From Octopus sinensis (taxonomy: Eukaryota), in NCBI RefSeq assembly GCF_006345805.1, contig NC_043011.1, positions 22,022,464-22,086,463 on the forward strand: a stretch of 64,000 nt of DNA, in the 5' to 3' direction. The first letter of the stretch is position 1. Each line of letters opens with the position of its first letter. The notes below the pieces were generated by a model. It worked only from the letters and a program-made list of their open reading frames with translations, ran no database searches and was not told the origin of the DNA. The position numbers and the translations under genes are program-made. Shown here in pieces: positions 26,282 to 39,148 of the stretch.

Positions 26282-26401
26282 CTATTGATGGAGATTCCAA
26301 AATTAGTCATTAAGCTAGAAGGAGGTGTTGGTCAAAGAACAGTTCCATTGCTTATAGTGGAATCTGCTTTTCAAGGTGAAGTTAAAGATTGGAGCAGTAA
26401 G
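26282..26401 (+). CDS. VPS13: VPS13 exon n (LLMEIPKLVIKLEGGVGQRTVPLL...DWSSK)
   Basis: attcag acceptor, AAG|GTAAAT donor, phase 0/0. Confidence 0.92.
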
Positions 26402-26599
26402 GTAAATATATATTTTCTGAGATTTATATTTTCATTTCTGTTTCTAAAGTATTTTGTTGTTTGATGTTCACCATATTGCTTCTATCCATTGTTTTATTGT
26501 ATTTATTTATTTTCGGCAGGATTTTTGATAAAAATCTTCCCAGTTTTGTATTTGATTACCTTCTGCTAACAACTTATGCCAACCTATTGAACATTGACT

Positions 26600-26890
26600 C
26601 AGCAGTTCCCAAGTCCCAAGTTTATTTTGACACGGAACCCATTATAAATTTCTAGAAATTATAGAAATCATACCCATATTTTATGGACAAAACCCATCAC
26701 CCTAATTTTAATCAGACATTAAATGAACAAAAAATATAAACATAAGAACAATACTTTGAAATGTCAAATAACATTTGTTTTATAAAATTTTTTTTGAAAT
26801 TTTATTAAGACAGCTTATGCCAAGGAAACCCCAATTTTTTTTCAAAGAACCCTGGGGTTCCTCAGAGCCCATTTTGAGAATAATTGGTTT
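26600..26890. mobile_element. decayed hAT-type MITE
   Basis: cagcagttcccaa start, gaaccctggggttcc...ttttgagaataattg end. Confidence 0.5.
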
Positions 26891-26926
26891 AGCTCATTAT
26901 TTTTTTAAAATTTACTATTTACCATG

Positions 26927-26970
<44 letters not shown>

Positions 26971-27232
26971 TATTCGAGACAAAACCACTATTTTGCAAAA
27001 CAAACAAGGAAAGACTTAATCAAACATAAATTTTAATAAATATAAACACGCATACACGCACTTCAAATTGCAGCCAGAATATTCCTCAAATGCACCTCTA
27101 TATTATTTATATTTAGTATTTTCAGCTCTATTTCTAAATATAGTAAATATAAGGCCCTTATTTTGTGAAACTGTTTAAATTTATTTTATGTATGTGTGTC
27201 TTTCTAATATTATCTTTTGCTTCAATTCACAG

Positions 27233-27358
27233 ATGAGTGTTTCAAGTACACTCAGTTTAGAAGTTGCTTACTATAATGAAAAACTAGCAGTATGGGAACC
27301 TCTTTTAGAACCAGTTGTCCAGAGCCAAAAGAGAAAGAGGTGGGATTTAACTGTCGAG
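27233..27358 (+). CDS. VPS13: VPS13 exon o (MSVSSTLSLEVAYYNEKLAVWEPLLEP...)
   Basis: cacag acceptor, GAG|GTTAGT donor, phase 0/0; hallmark YYN...WEPLLEP motif. Confidence 0.94.
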
Positions 27359-27395
27359 GTTAGTATCTTCTGTCATGACTTCATTATATTTACTA

Positions 27396-27781
27396 ACTAG
27401 CAGTATCGCCCGGCGTTGCTTGGGTTTGTTTCTATCCTTTAGAATTGGAATTTTTGAAAGTAAAAATTTTGCATTATGTAGCTTGTTATTCTCTTTAAGT
27501 GAACAATTTTCTGGTTGAAATACACCGAAAAATGGCGACACAGCAATAAAAAAAATCGTAAAAAATAGGGATTTTCATAGAAAAAAAAGCACCTTTTTTT
27601 ATGTAAATAATTTTTGGTGTTAACATGGTCCGATATGAATTTTTCCTTCTATGGAAGGAAGAGCAAGCCTTCTTCTATCATACTCTCAATTTTGGTCAAC
27701 TTGCACCGCAGGGTCTCAGAGGAGATAGTTTTAGTTGAAGGCTACCTGCCACACACAGACAACTTCAGCTTTATATATATA
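27396..27781 (+). mobile_element. non-autonomous Helitron-like element (Lep1/HINE-like architecture)
   Basis: starts actagcagtatcgcccggcgttgc, ends acacacagacaacttcagctttatatata; CpG-rich. Confidence 0.55.
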
Positions 27782-28319
27782 TTTCCATTTTTGATTTTTT
27801 TGTGCTCCTTTGTGAATTGTATTTTTTTGTATTATTTTTTCACTGAATTGTAGTTCTGAAATTAAAAAAAACAAATGTTTTCTAGTGTATCAATAAATGT
27901 ATTTTAAGGATTGTGGAGGCACATGACTTAGTGGTTAGGATGTTGGACTCATGATCATAAGATAGTAGTTTCAGTTCTTGAACCAGGCAATGCGTTGTGT
28001 TTTTGAGCAAAAACACTTCATCTTGCATTGCTCCAATCCACTCAGCTGATGAAAATGAATATTTCCCGTGATGGACTGGTGTCATGTCCAGGGTGGAAAA
28101 TATATATGCCACAGAAACTGGGAAACTGTGGCATTATTTTCTATTTTGGCCCAAATCGTTTAGCTAACATGTGGCCTTTTCTAATCTCTTGGATAGCACT
28201 CAGCAACCACACTGGTCCACCTGTTGTCTCTGAACCTTGCAACATGTCTACTCTCATATTACCTCATTTGGGATATACTTTTGCAATGATATTCTTAGCA
28301 TGAATCTTTCAATGGCCCT

Positions 28320-28362
<43 letters not shown>

Positions 28363-28579
28363 TCTTATATATTATCATCATCATCATTTAGCATCTGCTT
28401 TCCATGTTGGCATGGGTTAGACAGCTTGACTGGAACTGGTAAACCAGAGAGCTGCACCAGGTTCCAGTCTGAATTTGACTTGGTTTCTACAGCTGGATGT
28501 ATGTGTATATATATGAGTGAGTGGACAAATGAAAGAAAAGGGCACTCAACATGTTTAGTAGGAGTTACACATATTATTT

Positions 28580-28738
28580 AAAACAGTTTGATTCAGCAAC
28601 ATGTGACTTAAAGTTTTACAGGTCTCTATCAGGAGCCCATCTCTTTCAGGCTTTTGATTACCAAAAGGCTGCAAGAAATGGGCTTCTGTTAGATGCCCAC
28701 AAAACTTTAATCCACATGGAGCTGATTCAAGCTGTTTT
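28580..28738. repeat. diverged fold-back inverted repeat
   Basis: aaaacagtttgattcagc..catgtg..ttaaagtttt / aaaactttaa..cacatg..gctgattcaagctgtttt; centre cttttg-attac-caaaag. Confidence 0.75.
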
Positions 28739-28765
28739 AAATAATATATATATATATATATATAT

Positions 28766-29000
28766 GGAGGTGCGTGGCTTAGTGGTTAGGGTGTCAGCAT
28801 CATGATCGTGAGATTGTGGTTTCAATTCCTGGGCCGGGTGACGCTTTGTGTTCTTCAGCAAAACACTTCATTTTACATTGCTCCAGTCCACTCAGCTGGC
28901 AAAAATGAGTAATGCTGCAATGGACTGGTGTCCCATTCAGCTGGGGAACACATACGCCATGGAAACCGGACCCATGAGCCTGGCTAGGCTTTAAAAAGGG
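28766..29000 (+). mobile_element. second tRNA-derived SINE family
   Basis: ggaggtgcgtggcttagtggttagg...ggtttcaattcc; core ttgctccagtccactcagctg also at ~18270 and ~27915. Confidence 0.75.
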
Positions 29001-29593
29001 TGCATTTATTTATTTATTTATTATATATCTATATATATATATATATATAAAGTTGTAATCATGAAATCAAACTAAACAGTGTGTGTGTACACATGCAGGT
29101 ACCATCATCTTGACATTGTTTGCATACTGCATAAATATTGTCACTGTGTAAATGGTGTCATTGCTTAATTCTGCCATGCAAACTTGTCCAGTCATCCAGG
29201 TGCTGCATAAACCATAGACAGCATCTTTGTTTGTGTGTCATCAAAACAAAAGTCTGTGTTTTGAGTTGTTTGTTGCTTGAAAAACCCAGAGAAATACTAC
29301 CTTGCTTGCATACAAGTGAGGGTAAGTAATAAGGACATCCAACCAAAGAAACACTGGCCTCAATAAGTTTCATCTGACACATACTGAAAAGGAAAAAGGG
29401 GAATTAAAAAATGATAATAGCTCCTATAGGGATGAAAATCATGGTCTAAGTACTTGTTTTCAATGTCTAACTAAAAGATTTATATTTATTTAGGTGTCTG
29501 TGTTGCAACAGGCTGAGCTTGCTTCTAACCAAACCATAAGCACCTTGTGAAGCAAAAATTCTGTTATTGTCAATATGCTCTGATTGTTTACAG

Positions 29594-29743
29594 GTTGCTG
29601 CCAATGATGAGGGTATTCTTATTGATGAAGATAATGAACCTATCATACCTCCAGCTAAGATGACCATCAATGTTCGTTCAACTGAAAAACTTGAATTGAC
29701 AATGAGCAAAACATGTCTAGAAGTACTCACTAACCTTGGCAAG
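29594..29743 (+). CDS. VPS13: VPS13 exon p (VAANDEG...KLELTMSKTCLEVLTNLGK)
   Basis: ttacag acceptor, AAG|GTAAAA donor, phase 0/0. Confidence 0.92.
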
Positions 29744-29919
29744 GTAAAAATAACAGATCTATAACCTCTTTATTTTCTTATAGTTTTTACTTTTGAATCT
29801 TAATTTTTATTTTTTATTTTTGCATTTTAAAAAATTTTTTGTTTTTAGTTTTGCATCTTAATTTTTATTTTTTATTTTTGCATTTTAAAAAAATGTTTAT
29901 CTAGTTTTTATATTTGCAT

Positions 29920-31140
29920 CTTCAGCACTCAGATTACTCTGTCTAATGCAGTTGTTTTCAACTATTTTCTACCTATGAACCCCTTTGATTCCTATTTTAC
30001 TCAAGTTGACCCTCATAGCCATTCAATGTTTAAAAAAATCCCATTACATTTTTATAATTGAATATTTACTCCCCAATCCTGTCCTCATAGCCCTGTTTCT
30101 CTGTCTCATTGCTTTCCAGTATCCCCACCACCACTCTATATACCCAGCTGTCTCACTATAACCTTTCATCATCTAACACAAGATCACCTCCCCCAATGCC
30201 CCTTCCCCTCTCAAAAGATTTTTGTCCTGCAGGCTATTTGGTGACCCTGTCGGTGCAGGTGCCACTTAGAAAGTATTTAGTCCACACTGTAAAGTGGTTG
30301 ATGTTTGGGAGAGCATCCAGCTGTAAAAGTGATTGACATTTGGAAGAGCATCCCTGTCAAAACTGACCTCACTTGTGCTTGTGCCATATAAAAAGCATTA
30401 AGTCCACTCTGCTGGATGGTTGATGTTAGGGAGGGCATCCAGCTGTAAAAATCCTGCCAAAACAGTCGCAGAAGCCCGGTGCAGGCTTCTGCTTTGCCTG
30501 CTCCTGTCAAACCATCCCATCCATGCCAGCATGAAAGACAGACATTAAATGATGATTATTATTATTAGGAATTGTATTGAAGGTGGCGAGCTGGCAGAAA
30601 CGTTAGCAAGCCGGGTGAAATGCTTTGCAGTATTTCGTCTGTCTTTACATTCTGAGTTCAAATTTGGCCAAGGTCAACTTTACCTTTCATGCTTCCAGGG
30701 TTGATAAATTAAGTATGAGTTGTGTACTGGGGTTGATCTAATCGACTGCCTCCCTGCCCCAAAAAAATTTGGGGCCTTGTGCCTAGAGTAGAAAAGATTA
30801 GGAATTGTATTAAAAAAATTCTATAAACATTTTGTGTATTGTAGAATTATAACCAATTTATTGCACATGAATTTTAACAACAAAATCCTATATGCCCCAC
30901 CCCACCGCAAGGGCCATATGAACCCCAGTTGAGAACCACTGTTCTAATATAATACTTATTCATTCTCATTGTTTTAAATTAATTATGCATTATCACATAA
31001 CTTTGAAATTTTGATAATGTGGTTGTTAGTTTTTAGAATGACATTGTAAAGTAGATGTGTGATGCTGGAACTGGCCAGTTTGAATACAAAGCAGAATATT
31101 TGTGTTGGATATGGCCAGTTTAAATGCAAAAGGATTAAGT
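29920..31140. mobile_element. nested stack: TTAA-type MITE > hAT MITE (29949-30941) > SINE/LINE fragments (~30070-30810)
   Basis: cagttgttttcaac...gttgagaaccactg with 8-bp TSD gtctaatg/ttctaata; host MITE sequence resumes after it. Confidence 0.75.
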
Positions 31141-31368
31141 TAATTCTGAAATTTTTACTTTATTCTAGTTCTTTAGTATTTATATAGTTCTTATTATTTA
31201 CACAGTTCTTTATTCTTAGAAATAAAATAAAATTTGTTAATTGATTTCTTTATATTTTCATTGAAGCAAATAAAATATTCCTAATTTTATTGAAATAATA
31301 CTTTAGTTTCGTGAATTATAATCAAAGCATTTTAAAGGTAATATTTTCTAATTATTGTATTTCTCCAG

Positions 31369-31491
31369 GCATTTGGAGATGCCTACAAACTGGTTGAACC
31401 AAGTGCAACAACATCTGAAACATTGGCGCCTTACATCATTGAGAACAGAACAGGCTTAGACTTGTTACTGAAACTTGACAATACTTTTGAC
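31369..31491 (+). CDS. VPS13: VPS13 exon q (AFGDAYK...APYIIENRTG...), first VAB repeat motif
   Basis: ctccag acceptor, GTAAGT donor, phase 0/0. Confidence 0.92.
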
Positions 31492-31778
31492 GTAAGTGTA
31501 ATAAATACTCTAATATAACTGATGCTCATTCTTACATTTTTTATGTATACATTAAAACTCTCCTGCCTTCCATTTACTCTCTCTTTCTCTCTCTCTCTAT
31601 CTATAAATACATAAACGTGTGTGTGTATGTGTGTGTATATATATATATATGCCTGTATATATATATATATGCCTGTGTGTGTATATATATGCCTGTGTGT
31701 GTATATATATGCCTGTGTATATATATATATGCCTGTGTATATATATATATATATACATGTATGTATGTATGTATGTAT

Positions 31779-32130
31779 GAGACCCTGCCTCAGTAAAGCT
31801 GGACTCAAGAATCATCTTTGTAGTCATAAAGCGAGACAGATAAGTGACAACCTGGCCACTGGTGGTGGTGTTACACACCATACTAATCATATCTGTTAGG
31901 CATGTGGAAGAGAGTGTAATTCGGCAGGAGGACTTAAACGACATGCAAAGGTACATGAAGCCCAGTTACAACTACAGCCATCTATTACCGGTAAAGGTTT
32001 TAGTTGCCAATTCTGTACAAGACATTGTAGATCTTTAGCTGGGCTAAAAAGTCACATTCGATCACAGCACCAGTAACAGTTAAGCTTCGTGCAATGGCCT
32101 TACTCGATAACGAGGGGGCAGCCATAATAA
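31779..32130 (+). mobile_element. 5'-truncated LINE (probably RTE) 3' end encoding three tandem C2H2-like zinc fingers
   Basis: manual translation RPCLSKAGLKNHLCSH...HIC*ACGRECNSAGGLKRHAKVH...FSCQFCTRHCRSLAGLKSHIRSQHQ*; (ATGT)n on both sides. Confidence 0.7.
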
Positions 32131-32404
32131 TGTATGTATGTATATATGTATAGGTATTTATGTATATGTATGTATGTATATCTATGTATATGTATGTATA
32201 TATATGTATGTATGTATATATGTGTATGTATGTATGTATATGTATGTATGTACATAATATGTATGTATGTATATAATATATATGTATATGTGTGTGTGTG
32301 TGTGTATATATATGTGTGTATATGTGTGTGTGTGTGTGTGTATATATATGTGTGTATGTGTGTGTGTGTATATATATATATGTGTGTATGTATATATATA
32401 TATA

Positions 32405-33610
32405 GATGTGTGCAGAGAACAACTTCCGCCACATTCCAGGGAGTAGTTGATAGCTTCTGTTACCTAGGTGACCAAGTCAGTAGTGGGGGAGGGTGTGCGG
32501 AAAGTGTAGCTGCTAGAATAAGAATAGCCTGGGCAAAGTTCAGAGAGCTCTTACCTCTGCTGGTGACAAAGGACCTCTCGCTCAGAGTAAAACGTAGACT
32601 GTGTGACACGTGTAGAAACAGCCATGCTATATGGCAGTGAAACATGGGCCATAACTGCTGAGAACATGCGTAAGCTCGCAAAGAATGAAGCCAGTATGAT
32701 CCAATGGATTTGTAATGTCAGTGTGCATACTCAACAGAGTGTAAGTACCTTGAGAGAAAAGTTGGACCTAAGAAGCATCAGATGTGGTGTGCAAGAGAGA
32801 TGACTGTGCTGGTATGGTTATGTGATGCATATGGATGAGGACAGCTGTGTGAATAAGTGCCACACCCTAGCGGTTGAGAGAACCTGTGGAAGAGGTAGAC
32901 CCAGGAAGACCTGGGATGAAGTGGTGAAGCATGACCTTTGAACATTAGGCCTCACCGAAGCAATGACTAGTGACCAAGACTTTTGGAAATATGCTGTGCT
33001 TGAGAAGACCTGGCACGCCAAGTGAGACCATAACGTCATGGCCTATGCCAGTGGTGTAACCAGCGCACTTATTCATACCTTCCTTTACTGGACACTAAGC
33101 TCAGCTTGCGAAGAATTGTTGAGGCAAGTGAAATTGAAATCAAACCCGATGGCTGGCATCCATGCTAGTGGAGCGCTAAGAGCACCAACCGAGCGTGATT
33201 GTTGCCAGAGTAGCTAACTGGCTTCCATGCTGGTGACACGTAAAAAGCAACATTCACGCGTGATCGTTACCAGCGTCGCCTTACTGGCACTTGTGCTGGT
33301 TGCATGTGAAAAAACATTCGAGTGAGGTCATTGTCAGTGCCGCTGGACTGGCTCCTGTGCAGGTGGCACGTAAAAAACACCATTTGAGCGTGGCCGTTGC
33401 CAGTACCACCTGACTGGCCCTTGTGCCGGTGGCACATAAAAGCACCCACTACACTCTCAGTGGTTGGCGTTAGGATGGGCATCCAGCTGTAGAAACTCTG
33501 CCAGATCAAGATTGGAGCCTGTTGCAGCCATCTGGTTTGCCAGTCCTCAGTCAAATCATCCAACCCATGCTAGCATGGAAAGCAGACGTCAAACGATGAT
33601 GATGATGATG
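32405..33610 (+). mobile_element. RTE LINE 3' portion plus 3'-UTR/SINE-like tail ending in (GAT)n
   Basis: VVDSFCYLGD...RIRIAWAKFRELLPLL, AMLYGSETW; related tail at 52780-53155. Confidence 0.88.
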
Positions 33611-34132
33611 TATATATAAATGTACATGTATATTTGTATATATATATATATATATGTCCATGTTTATTGTATCGTCTTCTATGAGTTATACGTTCTTGTC
33701 CATGTTGTATTTTTCTACATACCTTAATATATATATATATATATGTATATGTGTGTGTATATGTATATGTGTGTGTATATGTATATGTGTGTGTATATGT
33801 ATATGTGTGTGTATATGTATGTGTGTGTATATGTGTGTATATGTATATGTGTGTGTATATGTATATGTGTGTATATGTATATGTGTGTGTATATACATAT
33901 ATATATGTGTGTGTATATATATATATATATTTATATGCATGTGTTTATATGTATATATGTGTGTATATGTATACATGTAAATGTTTATATATGTATATAT
34001 ATATACATGTGTGTGAATATATATATATATATATGTATATATGTGTGTGTTTGTATATATATATATATACAGTGAGAGTGAGAGCAAGAGAGAGTGACAC
34101 ATACACACACACTCATATGCTGATGTATGTTC

Positions 34133-34166
<34 letters not shown>

Positions 34167-34170
34167 TTGT
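33610..34170. repeat. compound TA/TG microsatellite with higher-order ~18-nt units
   Basis: gtatatgtatatgtgtgt units; similar tracts at 31615-31780 and 32130-32405. Confidence 0.95.
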
Positions 34171-34587
34171 ACATATATTCTTCCTGATAGATCTCTTCAC
34201 ACTTTCTCTACATTTGCTTAAACCCATCATATTTGACATCTTAGAATTAATCATATTCAAATTCTATGTGGAACCATTGGTTTTCATCTTCCACATATAC
34301 TTTCTCATTTGTAATGCTTTCTTATAATTATACTTATATGTATTTGTGTTCCCAAACAAATTGCACTTCATATTTTAAGCTCTGATGAACCTGTAAAGTA
34401 TTGCTCAGGCACTCACCTATGAGTCCCCCACATTTTATTATAGAAAGAACTGTTAACTAATTATATTCATTTATTCTTTTGTCATCTCTTTTCTAATTAT
34501 ATAGCTATATATATTTTAGTCTGAATAACTATATACCAGTTTCTACGCTAATACTGAAAGTTTATATTTTGTTCATTTTTATTCTAG

Positions 34588-34734
34588 ATGCCTGCAAATG
34601 CAGATAGTGGCAGAGTCCGTCTAGCGCACGGAGGCACTTTAGAGCTCACCGCGCGTGATGATTCAATGGATTCTAAAAGAGGGTCTGTAATCAAAGCAAC
34701 ACAAGAAGGAGTGGAATGTAAAATATTATTCCAG
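34588..34734 (+). CDS. VPS13: VPS13 exon r (MPANADSG...ECKILFQ), ends at a GC donor
   Basis: ttctag acceptor; CAG|GCAAGT donor is the only strong phase-0 site before an in-frame stop. Confidence 0.85.
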
Positions 34735-35881
34735 GCAAGTCAATTATTTAGTTAATTTGTAATTGAATTATGACATAAAAGAGGTTTCCATTAAATGACT
34801 TTACCAAAATCAATCATAGGTAGGTAAGGTTTTATTTGATATATCCTTACGTATGGTTGTGTGAGTTGGAACATCAACAAATAAATACAGAAGCATATCA
34901 GTGCTGCAGAGATGTGGATCCATAGATGAATGCTTAAGATGCATAGTTTGGATATGTCTTTAGCTATTTATATTGCTCTGTTTTAGAATGTACTAAACAC
35001 AAACACTCAAAACTTGAGCAAAGCAGCTTTATAATAATTGGTTTTAAATTTCAGCATGACACCAGCAGTTTTGGCGAGGGGCTAAGTCTATTAAATCAAC
35101 CTCAGTGCCGAACTGGCACTTATTTTATTGATCCTGAAAGGATGAAAGGCAAAATCAACCTCGGCTGTATTTGAACTTGGAACATGAAAACAGATGAAGT
35201 GCTGCTACACATTTTCGCCTGGCATGATAATGATTCTTCTATCTCACCACCTTTTATAATAATTAATAATTTTACTTATCATAGGTGAATCTACATATTT
35301 CCATAACTGTAACAACCTTCTCAAAACTATGCCTGACATTGCAAGCTGATGAAATGCTCAGAAACTTTACTATGATGACACTATTTACTACGTTGCAATG
35401 TACCACATTTTAAAGCCTACCTTATAACCTAGTGGACTAAATCATTGTAAGTTAAGTAACTTGGCCAGACTAGAGTGAACCACACTGTCAGTGCTAGGAT
35501 ATGAATTGCTGATCATTAAACCAAAAGTGCATATGCCAATGATAGGTTTTCTCCACTGTTCTCAACTCTGGGTTGTCTGCTTTTCTTCTCTCTCGGGTCT
35601 TGTTAGTTTTGAAGTATCACCAATGCTTTTGTAACTTTGCTTTTTACTAGATATTTATCTCTTGGAAGAGGTGATTCATATTAGTCTGGCCCCTATCCCT
35701 TGACTTGTCCAGCATAGGCAGCTCTATCTGGAGCTTACACTCCACTGGCATAGCACTCGGGGTCACTGTGGCACACAAACTAACACACTGCAACAAGAGC
35801 TACACTTTGTGGTGGATGAAAATCATCTGTGGCTCTCAACATACATATGTGCCTCTAATATAGTTCTCATTTTACTTTCAG

Positions 35882-36043
35882 GTGGAACAATTTGGAGCTA
35901 CAAGAGAAGTAGTCATCAAACGTGCAGAGAAACGAGGATTTTATATTAATCATCAGACATTTGGTGGTGATACATGGACAATTGTTTGTGATATAGTTGC
36001 ATCTTATGGACAAAAACGTATCACATTACAATCTATAATACAG
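35882..36043 (+). CDS. VPS13: VPS13 exon s (VEQFGATREV...GQKRITLQSIIQ)
   Basis: tttcag acceptor, CAG|GTAAGC donor, phase 0/0. Confidence 0.92.
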
Positions 36044-36747
36044 GTAAGCTGCGTTATATACCAAATATCTTTTTTAACTAAAACAATTTTTCATGGATTA
36101 GTATTGAGTAAATTTCATTTATTCTTAGAACATATCATTTAAATACAAGCTAAGATAACATGACTATTCTTTGTATTAAATTTAATTTTATTTTACATGA
36201 GATAATGTTTGATATACACACACATGCACAACACAGCACTACCATAAGAGATGTTATCTCTTGATTAATACAGCAGTAAATTTGCCTTTCAAAGATGTAT
36301 TTACATTAAGTATGATACACAGATGGCTCTTTTAATGTAATGCTACTTCTATTGCATATAACAGATTTTTATTCAGCTGAGCAGCAATTCACAATACCAG
36401 TGGATGTTTTTCACTGTTTTCCTATATAATGATGGCAACAAATTTCATCTAAGCATGTAGTTGGCTGTGAGTACACATTATTGACAATGCCCAATGAGGC
36501 AGAAATGGTGTTTTTACTAGCCACTGCTGAGATGATTTTCCTTTCCTTCTGATATATATTATGTTTTTAAAACAACATCCATAAGGAATGTTATCTCTGG
36601 AAGAACACCACAGTAATTTTACCTTTCAACAAAGTATTTACACTAAGTATGACACACAATTCTATGTATGAATTGCTATTAACAGGTTCTAAGTTTTATG
36701 TCTTACATTTAACAAATGTTTTTTTTTTTATATTTGCTATTATTTAG

Positions 36748-36905
36748 GTTCATAACCATTTGTCAGTCCCTATCGATGTCTTCTACCAAGAAAATAACAA
36801 ATCAGAAAAATGTGGAACAGTTCAGAGCAATGATAAATTCCATATACCATTGTCTGCAGTTTATACCAGTACAGCTGAATTCTATTTCAGTCCCAACAGC
36901 AGCCA
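36748..36905 (+). CDS. VPS13: VPS13 exon t (VHNHLSVPIDVFY...IPLSAVY...)
   Basis: tttag acceptor, GTAAGT donor, phase 0/2. Confidence 0.9.
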
Positions 36906-37236
36906 GTAAGTACTAATCATAAAGTATGACTACCAAAGTTCAGTGAATATTTACTGGCTAGCATCATCCTAACTAGAAGGACATCTGACTATAGAATATT
37001 GCCCCAATAAGTTTCATCCAACTCATACCAGCATGGAAAATGCAGATATAAAAATGATGACGATACCAATACATATATATTTATGCTTTAAAACATTTAT
37101 ATTACTATCTTTACTTTATATTTTGTTCCAAAATATAATCTATATATAATACTTATATACTTAACAATTTTTTCATACATGCATGTTTTGTGTTTTTCCT
37201 CTAAAGTATATACATATCTAATTTTCCACTTACCAG

Positions 37237-37342
37237 GTATTCTTCCTCCGAAGAACCAATCAATTGGAGAGAGGTTGAAGACAAGGGAATGTATCAAATA
37301 CACTGCAAATCACCAAATCGTGAAGAATCTTATTTCATGAAT
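37237..37342 (+). CDS. VPS13: VPS13 exon u (YSSSEEPINWRE...SYFMN)
   Basis: taccag acceptor, GTGAGT donor, phase 2/0. Confidence 0.88.
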
Positions 37343-38224
37343 GTGAGTGCTTCGTTATTAGTACCTTCTTCATTTCATGCATTATCTACCATTATTTCAG
37401 CTACTTCATTGATGGGTATCAAGTTCTGTATTATTGTTATTGATTGCATATATGTATGCAAATAAATAAATGAGAAATGTGTTTTATTTAATTGAAATTA
37501 TAATTTGATAAATATTTTTATTTTGAAAATATGTACTCATTTCATTCACTATGAAATTTGAAAAAAATAAAATTCCAACACTGTTTAGCACAATTTTTTT
37601 CCTTGGGTAGCAACTGCTATTTGCTTACCCATAGAGAATATGGAAAATGACTAATATTTTCTTCAAACTTTGCTTTTGTTACCTTTCTTCAGACCCCAAA
37701 GAATCCCTCTGAACACATGGCTATGATGATCCCCCAATACTCCTGCTCATGATCAGAGATGCACATATTGTCAGTCACCAAGGGACATGCTCAAGTGGTT
37801 AATGTCAAGCAAGTGACAAGCAAATTTGTGGTATTGAACAAAATATTTGCTATAGCAATATTTTTGCTTCAGCAACTCAGTGCTGAATCTGTCTGAAATG
37901 TAATAGAAAATAGGTCAGTTTGAAAACATTGATATCCAGGTTACAAAAGCAAAGTTTGAAAGGAATAGTAAATCATTTCCTTTGATTTCTAGATAGAAGC
38001 AAATAGGAAATAACACTTACTGACCAAAGACATAATTTTGTTACAGTGTAATTATTGTACCTATGTAACATCACCTGATATTACCCACAATGACAAAATT
38101 ATGTTCTCAACATTACGCACCATACACCTCAAAATAAAGAAAAAATATTAATTTTTGTAATAGTTTTTCGTCTTCATTCATTTTTCTTTATATTTTCTTT
38201 TTTTTTTACTTTATCTCTACCTAG

Positions 38225-38359
38225 GTTTGTCCCGAAATTGAAGAAATTCGTTTGGAGCAACAAGACAAGGTGGGCGATGCTAAAATGTATACATTGCATC
38301 TTTGGCCAACTGTTATTATTCACAACTTGTTGCCCATGACTATTCGCTGTTTACTTGAG
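38225..38359 (+). CDS. VPS13: VPS13 exon v (VCPEIEE...LWPTVIIHNLLP...LLE)
   Basis: cctag acceptor, GAG|GTAAGA donor, phase 0/0; VAB repeat motif. Confidence 0.92.
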
Positions 38360-38596
38360 GTAAGATTCTCTTTTCATTCCATTGAATTATGCATTCATAT
38401 TCTTTTTCTTTTCCTTCTTGGTTATGTTTTATCTTTTATATATTTTACCTGTTTCAGTCATTAGACTGTGGCCATGCTGGGGCACTATCTTGAAGAATTT
38501 TCCATTGAACTAATTGATCCCAGTGCTTATTTTCTTTTTAAGCCTGGTACTTATTCTATCAATCTCTTTTGCCTAACTGCTAAGCTACAAGGATGT

Positions 38597-38713
38597 AAAC
38601 ACACCAACACCAGTTGCCAAGCAGTGGTGGCAGACAAACACACCAACACCAGTTGCCAAGCAGTGGTGGCAGACAAACACACCAACACCAGTTGCCAAGC
38701 AGTGGTGGCAGAC
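38597..38713 (+). repeat. 3 x 39-bp perfect tandem repeat inside a SINE
   Basis: aaacacaccaacaccagttgccaagcagtggtggcagac x3. Confidence 0.95.
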
Positions 38714-39061
38714 AAACACACACACACATATGTGTGTATGTATATATACACACATATGCTGGGCTTCTTTCAGTTTCAATTTACCAAATCCATTGACAAG
38801 GCTTTGGTCAGCCTGAGGCTCTAGTAGAAGACACTTGCCCAAGGTCCCATGGTGGGAGTGGGCCCAGAACCATGTGATTGGAAAGCAAACTTCTTACCAC
38901 AGAGCCTTGCTTGTGTGTTTAAAATATTTAGGAAAATTATCATCATGTCCCTTCTTAGTAACTTCTGATTACCTATTCCAGAATGGCATGGCTATATCTG
39001 ATATCTATACTCATGTATTTTCTTGTAGTTTTCTATAAAATTATAACAATATATTTTACAG

Positions 39062-39148
39062 AATACCAGTGAAGATCTGGAGTTGAAAGTTGGTGAGAAC
39101 AGTCCACTTTTCAATGCTTGTATTGGAACATCTAAACTGGAAGTGAGA
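39062..39148 (+). CDS. VPS13: VPS13 exon w (NTSEDLELKVGE...KLEVR)
   Basis: ttacag acceptor, GTAAGT donor, phase 0/0. Confidence 0.87.

Noticed and set aside
31431-34327. Many Y/I/H/T/C/V/M-rich ORFs on both strands
   Set aside because: Translations of TA/TG microsatellites, not genes.
38597-38713. CRISPR-like repeat
   Set aside because: No spacers; simple tandem triplication in a eukaryotic SINE.
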